Virus record (IMG/VR): IMGVR_UViG_2526164597_000012
Length of the DNA: 38,876 bases
Direction: 5' to 3' (one strand)
Source: a virus
Taxonomy: Duplodnaviria > Heunggongvirae > Uroviricota > Caudoviricetes
Shown: positions 17,825-26,542 of the stretch, piece after piece
How positions within the stretch are numbered: position 1 is the first letter of the stretch
Layout of the letters: each line of letters starts with the position of its first letter
Notes under the pieces: generated by a model
What the model saw: the letters and a program-made list of their open reading frames with translations, nothing else
Databases searched by the model: none
Told to the model about the DNA's origin: nothing
Made by a program: the position numbers and the translations under genes

Positions 17825-18940
17825 TTACAGGCAGCGTGCGACAGCAGCCTCATAGCTGATGCCTTCTTTTTTGGACAGGGCCACTGCTTTCTGATGCAGG
17901 GCCAGACGCTCAGGATCGGCTTCCGCAAACTCTGCCACATCCACCTTCACCGTGTCGCCGACACGCTCTTTTGTGGCCTGTTCGGCGAAATTCATCACCG
18001 GCTCCCCGTCGGAGAGCAATGAACGAAAGGCGGTGGCCAGCGGTGTGCTGCTTTCCCCCTCAGCAAACTCCACCGGCTTGTCGCCACCGGCAACGGCATC
18101 CAGCAGGGCAACCACCACGGAGGAGGCGCGGGGAGCCAGACGGCCCTCTGCGACCAGTTTTTCTGCAAAGGCCACATTGTCCTTATGCAGTTGCTCCTGT
18201 CTGACCTGTGCATCACGCGCATCGCGATCAGCAGCCTGCTGCTTCAGGCGGCGGTTCTCCTCCTGAAGGGCTTCAATCTCTTCTTTTGTCATCGATGATT
18301 CCTCGTTACTTGCGGAAGACGGCCCCGGGCCTGTCTCACTGAATTGTGCACCTGCTGCATCCTGCGACAGTGTGTCGCGGTACGCCTCTTCGCGCAGACT
18401 GTTGAGCTGCCATTCCGGCAGGACTTTTTCTGCCTCGTCCAGACTGAAGCGGGCGATCAGAAAATCGCGCAGCTTTCCCCACAGGGAGGCATTCGTGATG
18501 GCCTGCCAGTCGGCGAACTCCACCACACCTTCTTCCTGCTCACTGAAGGACACCTGTTTCAGCCCCTTGACGGAAGGTGGCTGTGCCCCGAGAAAGCCCA
18601 CATGGCGAAGGTAGAGCACGCCGGGCTTCGGATTGGACGGTGAATCCGGGAGGTAGAAAGAGGCGGACACTTTTTTGAATCGTCCGTCGGTGACCATCTC
18701 AGCAAACTGCGGGTCCAGCTGGGCAGGCTCTGCCATCAGATCGACGCCGCTGAGCGACAGGGCTTTCACCCAGCCCCACGCCGGGTCTTCCGTTCTGGGA
18801 TGACCAATCACGAGTGGTGCTTCATGGACGGACGGGTCATAGGCTTTCACGCAGGCGGCAAGATCGTCTGGCGTGAACGGCAGTTTTTTGCCGTGCATAT
18901 CGGTATGAGTACCGGCTTTAAAAATGTGAATGGCTGACAT
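17825..18940 (-). CDS. Head maturation protease / scaffold (Mu I-like)
   Basis: 371 aa with acidic coiled-coil C-terminal half (..EEIEALQEENRRLKQQAADRDARDAQVRQEQL..) typical of scaffold domains; preceded by a promoter-like region. Confidence 0.7.
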   Translation of the reverse strand: MSAIHIFKAGTHTDMHGKKLPFTPDDLAACVKAYDPSVHEAPLVIGHPRTEDPAWGWVKALSLSGVDLMAEPAQLDPQFAEMVTDGRFKKVSASFYLPDSPSNPKPGVLYLRHVGFLGAQPPSVKGLKQVSFSEQEEGVVEFADWQAITNASLWGKLRDFLIARFSLDEAEKVLPEWQLNSLREEAYRDTLSQDAAGAQFSETGPGPSSASNEESSMTKEEIEALQEENRRLKQQAADRDARDAQVRQEQLHKDNVAFAEKLVAEGRLAPRASSVVVALLDAVAGGDKPVEFAEGESSTPLATAFRSLLSDGEPVMNFAEQATKERVGDTVKVDVAEFAEADPERLALHQKAVALSKKEGISYEAAVARCL

Positions 18941-18964
18941 TTTGCTGTCCCGCGTTATGTTGTC

Positions 18965-19004
18965 GGAGACAGTTTGTGAGAAATGCAGGCCCGGCGATTT
19001 TAAT
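18965..19004 (-). promoter_or_regulatory. Late-operon promoter/leader motif, copy 2 (upstream of protease/scaffold gene)
   Basis: Minus strand ATTAAAATC-N6-CCTGCATTT-N8-CTGTCTCC; near-identical tripartite motif upstream of the holin-like gene. Confidence 0.5.
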
Positions 19005-19065
19005 CTGCTTTAGAAAACATCAGGGGAGAAGGACAGGGAAAGCAATACGGTGAACCGGAGGCGGT

Positions 19066-19108
19066 TATAAAACAGAGGCTGTAAAGCCTTTATAAAGGTA
19101 ATACAGCC
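19066..19108 (-). terminator. Rho-independent terminator-like structure after gene G
   Basis: Minus-strand GGCTGTA...(inner palindrome CCTTTATAAAGG)...TACAGCC followed by TCTGTTTTAT. Confidence 0.45.
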
Positions 19109-19154
19109 CCTCATTCGCTGGCAATGATAAATCACCCGCCTGAAGAGAGAAAAC

Positions 19155-19613
19155 TCAGCGACGGGCCGCTGATTCAAGATGGCGGACAATGGTATCGAGG
19201 ATGGGGATTACCACTTCAGGCTGTAGTTCTCCATCCCCCGTCACCGGCAGGAACGGGCGGGCCGGAAGTTCAACAGACTCATTACGCCCCGTTTTACCCC
19301 CGAACTGGTGAATGGCACCGTAAACAACGTTGGTCCCCACAACAGCCTGCCGGTCGTCATGGTCGGTTGATACTGACCCCATCAGACGCCCGGTATCCTG
19401 CAGTGTCTGCCCGTCACGTTCTTCCGCTGCCAGCGAGGGCATCCACCCCGGACGCCCCTCATCAAGAAAGTTAAACTGTGTTTCCGCCAGCAGGGTTCCG
19501 GCGATTTTGCGCATCGCGGGCTCCAGGTCTGTGGCAGCAAGATCCAGCGCACGGAGGCTCCGGCGCAGGGATTTATCGTTAATGGTGATACTGACCAGGT
19601 TATCGGAAGCCAT
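19155..19613 (-). CDS. Virion morphogenesis protein (Mu G-like)
   Basis: 152 aa, conserved position after F-like gene. Confidence 0.6.
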   Translation of the reverse strand: MASDNLVSITINDKSLRRSLRALDLAATDLEPAMRKIAGTLLAETQFNFLDEGRPGWMPSLAAEERDGQTLQDTGRLMGSVSTDHDDRQAVVGTNVVYGAIHQFGGKTGRNESVELPARPFLPVTGDGELQPEVVIPILDTIVRHLESAARR

Positions 19614-19615
19614 TG

Positions 19616-20437
19616 TTATCCTCTCAGTTCCTGTTGTGCCAGTGGCTGAAGCGTACCCTGATAGCGGGCCAGGTCGGGACGGTATGCTGCCCCCGGTGCA
19701 TAAGACCAGCCGACGTCGGTGGTCACCTTCGTGGTGCCGGTATTAAAGGTGGCCACGTTCCGCATTTCGCCGGTTTTCTCTGAGACCAGTTTCAGTTCCT
19801 GGCCCATGGCAGAGCCGGAGCTGATAACCTTCAGGCCACGGGCACGTACATCCGCCGCACTCAGGGCAATCACACTACAGCGGCAGCGCCAGCCGTTCGG
19901 CGGGTAAAATGCCTGCCAGAACGGGTCATCCCAGCGCAGCACCAGACCATGCAGCGCCAGATGGCTCCTGCGGGTATGGCTGTCGTTGATGCCGGTATAC
20001 ATCCAGTACGGCCTGTCGTCGACGTTTTCCATCTGTTCCGCCCAACGACCGGCGCTGTAGAGTACGGACATATTGGTGCGAAAGATGGTATCGAGCCGCC
20101 ACGGACTGCCCTGCTGAATGGTGACCGGCTTACCCGTTACCGGGTCAGTCGTGTCACGTGGTCCCCACCATCCCTTACGCTTCAGCACCGGCTCCAGCTC
20201 CTGCCGGAACCAGCGATCGGTTTTTCCTTCATCGACAGCCTGCTGCAGTGCCCCGCGAATATCTTCCAGGATATCCAGGCGGGTCACTTTAGCAACGGTA
20301 AAGGCGCGGGCATGGGCCTCCTGCCACATTTCTTCCCAGTCCCAGGTAATCTGATACCCTTTGGACTTCAGGTAACTGACTGCCCGCTTCGGGGGAAGCG
20401 TCATGCAGTACGCCAGTTCAGCCGTTGTCACGCTCAT
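19616..20437 (-). CDS. Minor head protein (Mu F-like)
   Basis: Start placed at ATG 20437 (GGGGA upstream) rather than TTG at 20464; follows portal. Confidence 0.65.
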   Translation of the reverse strand: MSVTTAELAYCMTLPPKRAVSYLKSKGYQITWDWEEMWQEAHARAFTVAKVTRLDILEDIRGALQQAVDEGKTDRWFRQELEPVLKRKGWWGPRDTTDPVTGKPVTIQQGSPWRLDTIFRTNMSVLYSAGRWAEQMENVDDRPYWMYTGINDSHTRRSHLALHGLVLRWDDPFWQAFYPPNGWRCRCSVIALSAADVRARGLKVISSGSAMGQELKLVSEKTGEMRNVATFNTGTTKVTTDVGWSYAPGAAYRPDLARYQGTLQPLAQQELRG

Positions 20438-21914
20438 GCAGACGTCCCCGGATATTTGCCACAAAGAGAATACGGGCCAGCCGTTCCTGCAGATCGTCCG
20501 TGTTCATCTGAGGGTAGAGCTCCGCCAGTTCGCCCAGCAGCTCAGTCGGGTTAACCCCGTTTTCGACCCGCTTAAACAGAGGTGCCAGGACGGGTTCCAG
20601 CGTGCCATTTAACACACCTCCGTTCATCAGAATGTCCAGCGCGTCGTCAAGCTGCTGCTGAGCCTGAATATCGGCATCAATCGCCTCGGCAAATGACAGC
20701 GGCAGCATGTTATTCTGGCGTTCCGACGGTGGTGTCTCGTCAATATCGCCGTCCTGCAGCTGGTACTCACGCTTAAAGTATTGCGGGGTCAGACGCAGAC
20801 CCGCCCGGGTGAGTTTTTCGTCGCGGGTGGCGCGGGTGTCATCAATGGTCTCCTGTTCCCACATGGCCCAGACCGGACACGGCACATCGCCGAAGTTCAG
20901 GGTGACCACCGTTCTGATAACCTGATTCACTGCTGCCTGAATGATGTCCGCATCCGCATCGCGGATATCAGCCGTTACCTCCAGCCCGGCCTGTGCAGAG
21001 GCCTTGTTACTGTTCGCTTCCGTGGTCTGATTCTGACCAAGTAATGCAATGGAGATCTCACTGCGTGACAGTGTGATCAGCTCGCGGAATACCTCGCTGC
21101 TGTCCGCCTTACCATCCGCGGCTTTGAGTTCGATGCTGCTGTCATCGGGGATGGCGGCCACCGCGTCCTCCACCATCTGCTCCATGGAGTCCAGCAGTTT
21201 TTCAATCTCTGCATCATTTGCACCCCTCGGGTGCTTACCGATCACCCACGGGGAGCCAAACTTTTCGGCAAAGCGGAGCCAGAATTTCATCCCGCCTTTC
21301 TTGAAGGCGACCGGCCAGAAGCACATGGACAGGTCCGGGAAACCGTAAGGATTGTCATACGAGGCATCCTGTGCCGGCACCACGAATTTTGACGGTGACA
21401 GCAGCTCACCCTCCACACCCGCATCACGCGCCCGGAAGCGCAGGCAGTTGTCCGTATCAAACTGAAACCACTCAGGCGGTTTGCCGACAATATCCGTCAC
21501 TGCCCACGCCCTGACCGAACGGCCCCACATGATTTCACAGGGCTGATACCCGTAGAGCACGGCATCACTCATCTCACCGATGATGCGGGACAGATCCAGA
21601 TCGTCGAGCATGTCGCGGATGAAACGGAAGACCCGGGCAGAAGCGTGACCGCGCTCCAGTCCACGCTCCAGTGATTTGAGCGCTGCTTTACGTCTGCGGA
21701 TACAGCCCCCGACCAGCGGGTCGGTGCGCAGTTCGCGGTAGATACGGATATCCCGTCCCTGAGCCTTGAGAATGGGATCAGGATTGGGCAGATACATGCC
21801 CAGTCCGTAAAAGTCGATCGCGCGGCTGCGGGAGGCAATCTGCGAGGTCAGTGATTTCTGAGGCTCAGAAAAAGCAACAAATTCATCGGGTGAAACCCAG
21901 ATACCCCTCGCCAT
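20418..21914 (-). CDS. Portal protein (Mu gp29-like)
   Basis: 498 aa directly downstream of large terminase with overlapping start/stop. Confidence 0.8.
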   Translation of the reverse strand: MARGIWVSPDEFVAFSEPQKSLTSQIASRSRAIDFYGLGMYLPNPDPILKAQGRDIRIYRELRTDPLVGGCIRRRKAALKSLERGLERGHASARVFRFIRDMLDDLDLSRIIGEMSDAVLYGYQPCEIMWGRSVRAWAVTDIVGKPPEWFQFDTDNCLRFRARDAGVEGELLSPSKFVVPAQDASYDNPYGFPDLSMCFWPVAFKKGGMKFWLRFAEKFGSPWVIGKHPRGANDAEIEKLLDSMEQMVEDAVAAIPDDSSIELKAADGKADSSEVFRELITLSRSEISIALLGQNQTTEANSNKASAQAGLEVTADIRDADADIIQAAVNQVIRTVVTLNFGDVPCPVWAMWEQETIDDTRATRDEKLTRAGLRLTPQYFKREYQLQDGDIDETPPSERQNNMLPLSFAEAIDADIQAQQQLDDALDILMNGGVLNGTLEPVLAPLFKRVENGVNPTELLGELAELYPQMNTDDLQERLARILFVANIRGRLHERDNG

Positions 21915-23509
21915 CAGAATCCCTCCAGCATACGGGCCGCCTGACGACGACGGCGTGAGCTTGCCTTCACCGGCCCTTTGTTAATTTCACGGCTGGCGAA
22001 ATACGCCAGCGCCAGTGCGATGGCTGAATCCCCGTGGCGTTTACCACCGTCAGCCTTTGCTTTTGAGCGTTGCTCCGGTACGCGGGGGACACCGTTCACC
22101 ACCTGAACGGCCCGCAGGTCATCCAGTGTGTCTTCATCCTTTGGTAAGTCCACCAGGTTACCGTCTTCCAGTGCAGCTTTGACCGGAGGCATATGCTCCC
22201 GGTACCAGCCTTCGGTTGGCATCACCTGCTGAACCCGGCCGGAGCCGTAGCGCTGCATGGCGTATTCAGCCAGATAGGCACCATTACCACGGGCATCAAA
22301 CGCTGCACCCAGCAGACCGGGCAGGCCATCCATCAGATACCAGGTGATTTGCTCCTGCTGTCTGAACGGCACGTTACGCAGCTCCAGTACGAATGGCACG
22401 CGTCGTACCAGGTTCTTCTCCTGCAGCAGGGGATAGTCCACCGACAAATCACCGCTACGGCCAAAGTCGCGCCCCAGGAAAGAGCGGGCATCAGTGGGGA
22501 GTGCCTCCAGCAAGGGTTTCAGATACTCATCAAGCCAGTCCTGCGTCTCGCGGAAGCGAACCTCATCAGACAGCAGTTCATAACCTTCCTTGCAGGTCAG
22601 ACGCAATACCGGCGTATCAGCGGACATGCGGGACTCTATCAGGGCACGGGACAGCCAGGCACCGCCACCGTTGGCCGGAATACAGTCAAGCTCTTCGGAT
22701 GCGCCGGCACCGTAGAATTTGTACACCGATGCCATCCAGGCCTGCTCGGATGCCTCCGACCATTCCTTCCCGGTGCGCAGACAGACGCGCCGGAACAGCC
22801 CCTCAGATACGGCTTCCCGGAAAGTGATGCGATGTATGCTGCCTCCCTGACGTCCGGCACGGATATCCCCGATAAGTGTATTGAACGGATTGTCGTCACC
22901 GTCATGGGTGGAGATAACGCGTACCTTTCCCCCCCAGATAAGCATCGCCAGCGCCGCTTTCAGCAGTTCGTCCAGTTGCTCATGGAACGCCGCTTCGTCG
23001 ATAACAATAATACCCTGACGGCCACGCAGGTTAGACGGGCGGCTGGAGAGCGCAACAATACGAAAGCCGGAGTCAGGAAATTTGATGGTGTAAGTCCTGA
23101 TGTGTTTGTCGTCGTCGTCCTCTTCCCAGAATCCTTCTTCAATTTCACTGGCCGCATAGTTGAATGCCCGTGCCCACATCGCACACGCCTGAATGTATTC
23201 GACGGTCATGTCCTGGTTATAAGCGATGTAATACACATTCATCCCGCCTGCTGGCGCAGAAGAGGCGGCGGTCAGTACGTTATCGGATGCCTCAGCCCAT
23301 GTAATACCGGTACGACGGCTCTTTTCTATCACCTTAAGCGGAGAGGTGTCTGCCACCCAGCGCTGCTGGTAAGGCAACAGAACGGGAGGAGCATCCAGCG
23401 CCGAGGTATCAGGCAAAACGGGAGCAAGGTTATTCCTCCCGTCCATGGGACTCATCCCTTCGGGGCCACCGCCAGCGGCGTTTAAAATCACTCCGGATGA
23501 TTTTGTCAT
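21914..23509 (-). CDS. Terminase large subunit (Mu gp28-like)
   Basis: 531 aa; acidic patch and ATPase-like segment (..IIVIDEAAF..). Confidence 0.8.
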   Translation of the reverse strand: MTKSSGVILNAAGGGPEGMSPMDGRNNLAPVLPDTSALDAPPVLLPYQQRWVADTSPLKVIEKSRRTGITWAEASDNVLTAASSAPAGGMNVYYIAYNQDMTVEYIQACAMWARAFNYAASEIEEGFWEEDDDDKHIRTYTIKFPDSGFRIVALSSRPSNLRGRQGIIVIDEAAFHEQLDELLKAALAMLIWGGKVRVISTHDGDDNPFNTLIGDIRAGRQGGSIHRITFREAVSEGLFRRVCLRTGKEWSEASEQAWMASVYKFYGAGASEELDCIPANGGGAWLSRALIESRMSADTPVLRLTCKEGYELLSDEVRFRETQDWLDEYLKPLLEALPTDARSFLGRDFGRSGDLSVDYPLLQEKNLVRRVPFVLELRNVPFRQQEQITWYLMDGLPGLLGAAFDARGNGAYLAEYAMQRYGSGRVQQVMPTEGWYREHMPPVKAALEDGNLVDLPKDEDTLDDLRAVQVVNGVPRVPEQRSKAKADGGKRHGDSAIALALAYFASREINKGPVKASSRRRRQAARMLEGF

Positions 23510-24051
23510 GTGGCAATCCCCAGAATCTCGCGACGAAGCGCCTGTACTGCGTCGCTTGACAGTCCCCCCTTACGGGCAATTTTCTCGGCGTTGCTGGCTG
23601 CCTGCTGCGCTCTGGCCCGTACTTCAGACTGGAACTTTTTGAGGTTGACGGACGCGCGGGACAGCGTAGCCACATTCTTCGCCACCTTCGACAGCAGGGC
23701 CACGCGTTCTTTAGGATCGACTTCGCCTTCTTCCGCCTCCTGCAACTGGACAATACTCTCGAACAGCTCGGTCTGAATAAGGGCTATCACAGCCTCCGAA
23801 CGCGCATCCTGATCGTCTGCTGCGCCTTCGGTCAGCATGCGGGCCGCTTCTGTTGCCGCACGGATAGCACCATAGCGGCGCTCAATCTTCTGTCCATAGC
23901 GATGGATAGCGGATTTGCTGATGACGTACCCCCGCTCACGCAGCAGGGACTCCAGCTCGTTATACCCGCTGAAGCCGGATTCAGTCAGCGCCCGTTCAAG
24001 CCAGCGGCGCACATCTTCCGGCAGCTTTTCTATTGTGCTGCGTCTGGCCAT
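23506..24051 (-). CDS. Putative terminase small subunit / DNA-binding packaging protein (Mu gp27-like)
   Basis: 181 aa immediately upstream of large terminase. Confidence 0.55.
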   Translation of the reverse strand: MARRSTIEKLPEDVRRWLERALTESGFSGYNELESLLRERGYVISKSAIHRYGQKIERRYGAIRAATEAARMLTEGAADDQDARSEAVIALIQTELFESIVQLQEAEEGEVDPKERVALLSKVAKNVATLSRASVNLKKFQSEVRARAQQAASNAEKIARKGGLSSDAVQALRREILGIAT

Positions 24052-24362
24052 TATTCACTCCAGTACTTTTCCGGGCGGGCAATACCCGGACCACATTCCA
24101 CGGTGTATTCCACCAGGTCTACGCCGAGGCGGGTCAGGTCAGCAAACCAGTCGCCAGAAGGTTTTTTCTCCAGATCAACCATTTTACGGTCAGCCAGATA
24201 ATCCAGTTCGCGGCGCAGTTCCAGCGGTGTGGTGTCCGGGTAGATGGCACGGGACACATCCAGCAGCAGCGTCTCGCTGGCGGTGTAAGGGCGGGTCTTG
24301 TTCAGGGCAACCAGCAGACTCCAGCGCAGGGATTCGCGGCGTACCCGGGTAATATCGACCAT
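24051..24362 (-). CDS. Hypothetical protein (Mu gp26-like)
   Basis: 103 aa, conserved position. Confidence 0.45.
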   Translation of the reverse strand: MVDITRVRRESLRWSLLVALNKTRPYTASETLLLDVSRAIYPDTTPLELRRELDYLADRKMVDLEKKPSGDWFADLTRLGVDLVEYTVECGPGIARPEKYWSE

Positions 24363-24688
24363 TATTGACCTCCGGTATTGCGGTACTGCTGTACCACTTC
24401 CAGTTTGTTATAAAGCGCGTCCAGTTTGGCCTCAATGACTGTCTGGCCACGGATATAATCCTCTCGACGGACATAATTCAGCGGTAAATCCGCTTTAAAT
24501 CGCATAAATTCTTTTTCCAGCTCGCCCCAGTTGGAGGCGGATTGTTGCAGGGCCTGTTCAAGGGAGGCGAATCGTGCCGCCTGGCGTTCTTCTGTTTTAC
24601 TGAACAACCATTTGGCGAGCCCTCCCACAAACCCCATGAAGGTGAGCAGAAAACTCACCACCGTCCAGAATTCAACCTGCAGTGTCAT
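24362..24688 (-). CDS. Small membrane protein (Mu gp25-like)
   Basis: 108 aa with N-terminal transmembrane segment (VVSFLLTFMGFVGGLAKWLF). Confidence 0.45.
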   Translation of the reverse strand: MTLQVEFWTVVSFLLTFMGFVGGLAKWLFSKTEERQAARFASLEQALQQSASNWGELEKEFMRFKADLPLNYVRREDYIRGQTVIEAKLDALYNKLEVVQQYRNTGGQ

Positions 24689-25335
24689 TTCTGTAATCCT
24701 TCCCGTTCATCCAGTAACGCGTTTATCTGGTTCCGCCAGCGACGACATTGTCCTGCGTTGTCGATGATGTTGGCGAGAACGTCACGCTGGGAGACACCCG
24801 AATCGCGTAACCGGGTGTCAGTGGTTTCAGGTTGCCCGGTCGCTGTGCCAGAGCGGGTGCCAGCGGCGGCAACTGAGTCTGAATGACCGGTGTCGACGGA
24901 TGCGTTGTCATATCCGAGTGCGGCGTTGTACTGGCGCACGAAACCGCGAGTAAACACGCACTCAATGGGATGGCTCTTACCTTTTTCATCAATCCAGCGC
25001 TGTGTGACATCGTTAATTTGCCCCTGTAGTTGTTTATTCCGGCTCTCCAGTTGAGCAATCTGCTCAAGATAACCGGCTTCAGCCCGCTGCCCGGCGGCCA
25101 CCTGCTCCTGATACCGTCTGGCCCAGGCCCGCAGCGCAGCATTCTCAAGCGTTGCCTGCTCCGTTTTGTACGCGTCAAATGCTGACTGCAACTGACTGAG
25201 CGCGGTATCACCGTCACGCTTTGCAGAGTCATGACCACTTCTGTATCCCATGGCATACAGGCCGACCAGAAAGGCATTGATAAGAATGGCCAGCAGAATG
25301 CCGCGCCACGGCAGCTTTTTAACCAGATGCCACAC
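24685..25335 (-). CDS. i-spanin (Rz-like): N-terminal TMD + periplasmic coiled coil
   Basis: TMD WRGILLAILINAFLVGLYAMGY then helical Q/A/E-rich region; start inferred at GTG 25335 with GGAGG 8 nt upstream (ORF-track entry runs to 25437). Confidence 0.6.
   Translation of the reverse strand: MWHLVKKLPWRGILLAILINAFLVGLYAMGYRSGHDSAKRDGDTALSQLQSAFDAYKTEQATLENAALRAWARRYQEQVAAGQRAEAGYLEQIAQLESRNKQLQGQINDVTQRWIDEKGKSHPIECVFTRGFVRQYNAALGYDNASVDTGHSDSVAAAGTRSGTATGQPETTDTRLRDSGVSQRDVLANIIDNAGQCRRWRNQINALLDEREGLQK
24723..24989 (-). CDS. o-spanin (Rz1-like lipoprotein) embedded in the +1 frame of the i-spanin gene
   Basis: MKKVRAIPLSACLLAVSC|AS.. lipoprotein signal with lipobox, then Pro-rich mature region; wholly inside the Rz-like gene. 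Confidence 0.65.
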   Translation of the reverse strand: MKKVRAIPLSACLLAVSCASTTPHSDMTTHPSTPVIQTQLPPLAPALAQRPGNLKPLTPGYAIRVSPSVTFSPTSSTTQDNVVAGGTR

Positions 25336-26059
25336 AACTGCTGCCTCCCCATGTGAGATATCGCGGTGCCAGTTCGCGCAGGATGCGCTGCGGATAATGG
25401 CGGTTCTCCCGCCAGCTGGCCGCATTGCGTCCGGCATTCACCGTGGCGACATGTCCGAACCAGCGGGTGCTGTCCAGACCTTTCTGTGATGCAAGCCGCC
25501 TGTCCCGTTGTACCCAGCCCAGACCACCGTTATAGCCCGACAGTGTCATGGCCATACGCTCGCAGTCACTGGCGGCGCTGACACGCTGCCACAGCCAGCG
25601 GTCATAGCTGACCAGCGCCCGGATAGCCCATGCCGGATTAAACGGCTCACGACTGCTCAGCATCGGTATCAACTGGCTTATCCAGTCGGCAGTGGCAGGC
25701 ATGAACTGCGCCAGTCCCTGAGCGCCAGCCGGCGAGATCGCATCAGGTCGCCAGCCGCTTTCCTGATGCAGTTGCGCGGCGAAATCGGCCACCGGCGCAG
25801 ACAGTCCCCATTCAAGCCGGGCATTACGGATCACATCATCGCGATACTGCAGCGCAGCCTGCGGAGGTTGTGCTGCGCATGCCTGGCTGAAAAAGCCGCC
25901 ACACCAGAGCAACATTGCGACAAAGAATACCCATGCCACATGAACCAGAAAGGTCCCGGCGCGGACTGACAGGCGTTCGGTTCTGATGAAGACCCGAAAG
26001 GCTTCGAAAGCCAGTTTCAGGGACATGCATACAATCCAGGTGATCTGCGGCCAGTTCAT
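25319..26059 (-). CDS. Endolysin, lytic transglycosylase (SLT domain) with N-terminal hydrophobic signal/SAR-like segment
   Basis: SLT-type motif ..AAQLHQESGWRPDAISPAGAQGLAQFMPAT..; hydrophobic N-terminal region FLVHVAWVFFVAMLLWCGGFF; sits before the spanins. Confidence 0.7.
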   Translation of the reverse strand: MNWPQITWIVCMSLKLAFEAFRVFIRTERLSVRAGTFLVHVAWVFFVAMLLWCGGFFSQACAAQPPQAALQYRDDVIRNARLEWGLSAPVADFAAQLHQESGWRPDAISPAGAQGLAQFMPATADWISQLIPMLSSREPFNPAWAIRALVSYDRWLWQRVSAASDCERMAMTLSGYNGGLGWVQRDRRLASQKGLDSTRWFGHVATVNAGRNAASWRENRHYPQRILRELAPRYLTWGGSSCVASG

Positions 26060-26061
26060 GA

Positions 26062-26412
26062 TTAAAGCCCCATCGCAACAGCCAGGCAGACCGCTGCAAC
26101 AATCAGTGCACGGCGGATTAACGCAGCAGAAAACACCAGGTGAAGGCCGGTCTGTACCGGGAAACGCCCTTCAGCCATCAGCCTGTCGTCATGTTTCAGG
26201 TACTGACCGGGACGGGCTTTGGGGAAGAGCGAACGGTCAAGCCAGTAACCCAGCACTGCTGCCAGCGTGATGAGTGCCAGCTTGTAGATCACAACAGGCA
26301 GCTGCTGTGGTGAGACCAGAGCGATGGTGCCCAGCAACAGCACTGAGGTCAGCAGCCAGCCGCTGAGGCGAGGTTTTTTAACAGGGGGAATGAATTTTTT
26401 CAGGTTTTTCAT
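26062..26412 (-). CDS. Holin-like small membrane protein (first gene of late/lysis operon)
   Basis: 116 aa from ATG 26412 (RBS GGAGAC), 2-3 predicted TM segments; directly upstream of endolysin. Confidence 0.5.
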   Translation of the reverse strand: MKNLKKFIPPVKKPRLSGWLLTSVLLLGTIALVSPQQLPVVIYKLALITLAAVLGYWLDRSLFPKARPGQYLKHDDRLMAEGRFPVQTGLHLVFSAALIRRALIVAAVCLAVAMGL

Positions 26413-26431
26413 GTGTGTCTCCTTATCTGGT

Positions 26432-26471
26432 GGAGACAGCATCACAAATACAGGGCGCGAAGGATTTTAAA
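26432..26471 (-). promoter_or_regulatory. Late-operon promoter/leader motif, copy 1 (upstream of holin-like gene)
   Basis: Minus strand TTTAAAATC-N8-CCTGTATTT-N6-CTGTCTCC, then ACCAGATAA-GGAGAC so that CTGTCTCC can pair with the SD region. Confidence 0.5.
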
Positions 26472-26542
26472 GCGCGTTAAGAGAGCCGGGGATACGGGAT
26501 GTGCAGGATAAACGATGAATTATTCACAGAGGAGAATACGAT

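Noticed and set aside
22193-23485. 430-aa plus-strand ORF antisense to the large terminase gene
   Set aside because: Shadow ORF of the terminase gene; no RBS context and composition biased (Arg/Gly/Pro-rich).
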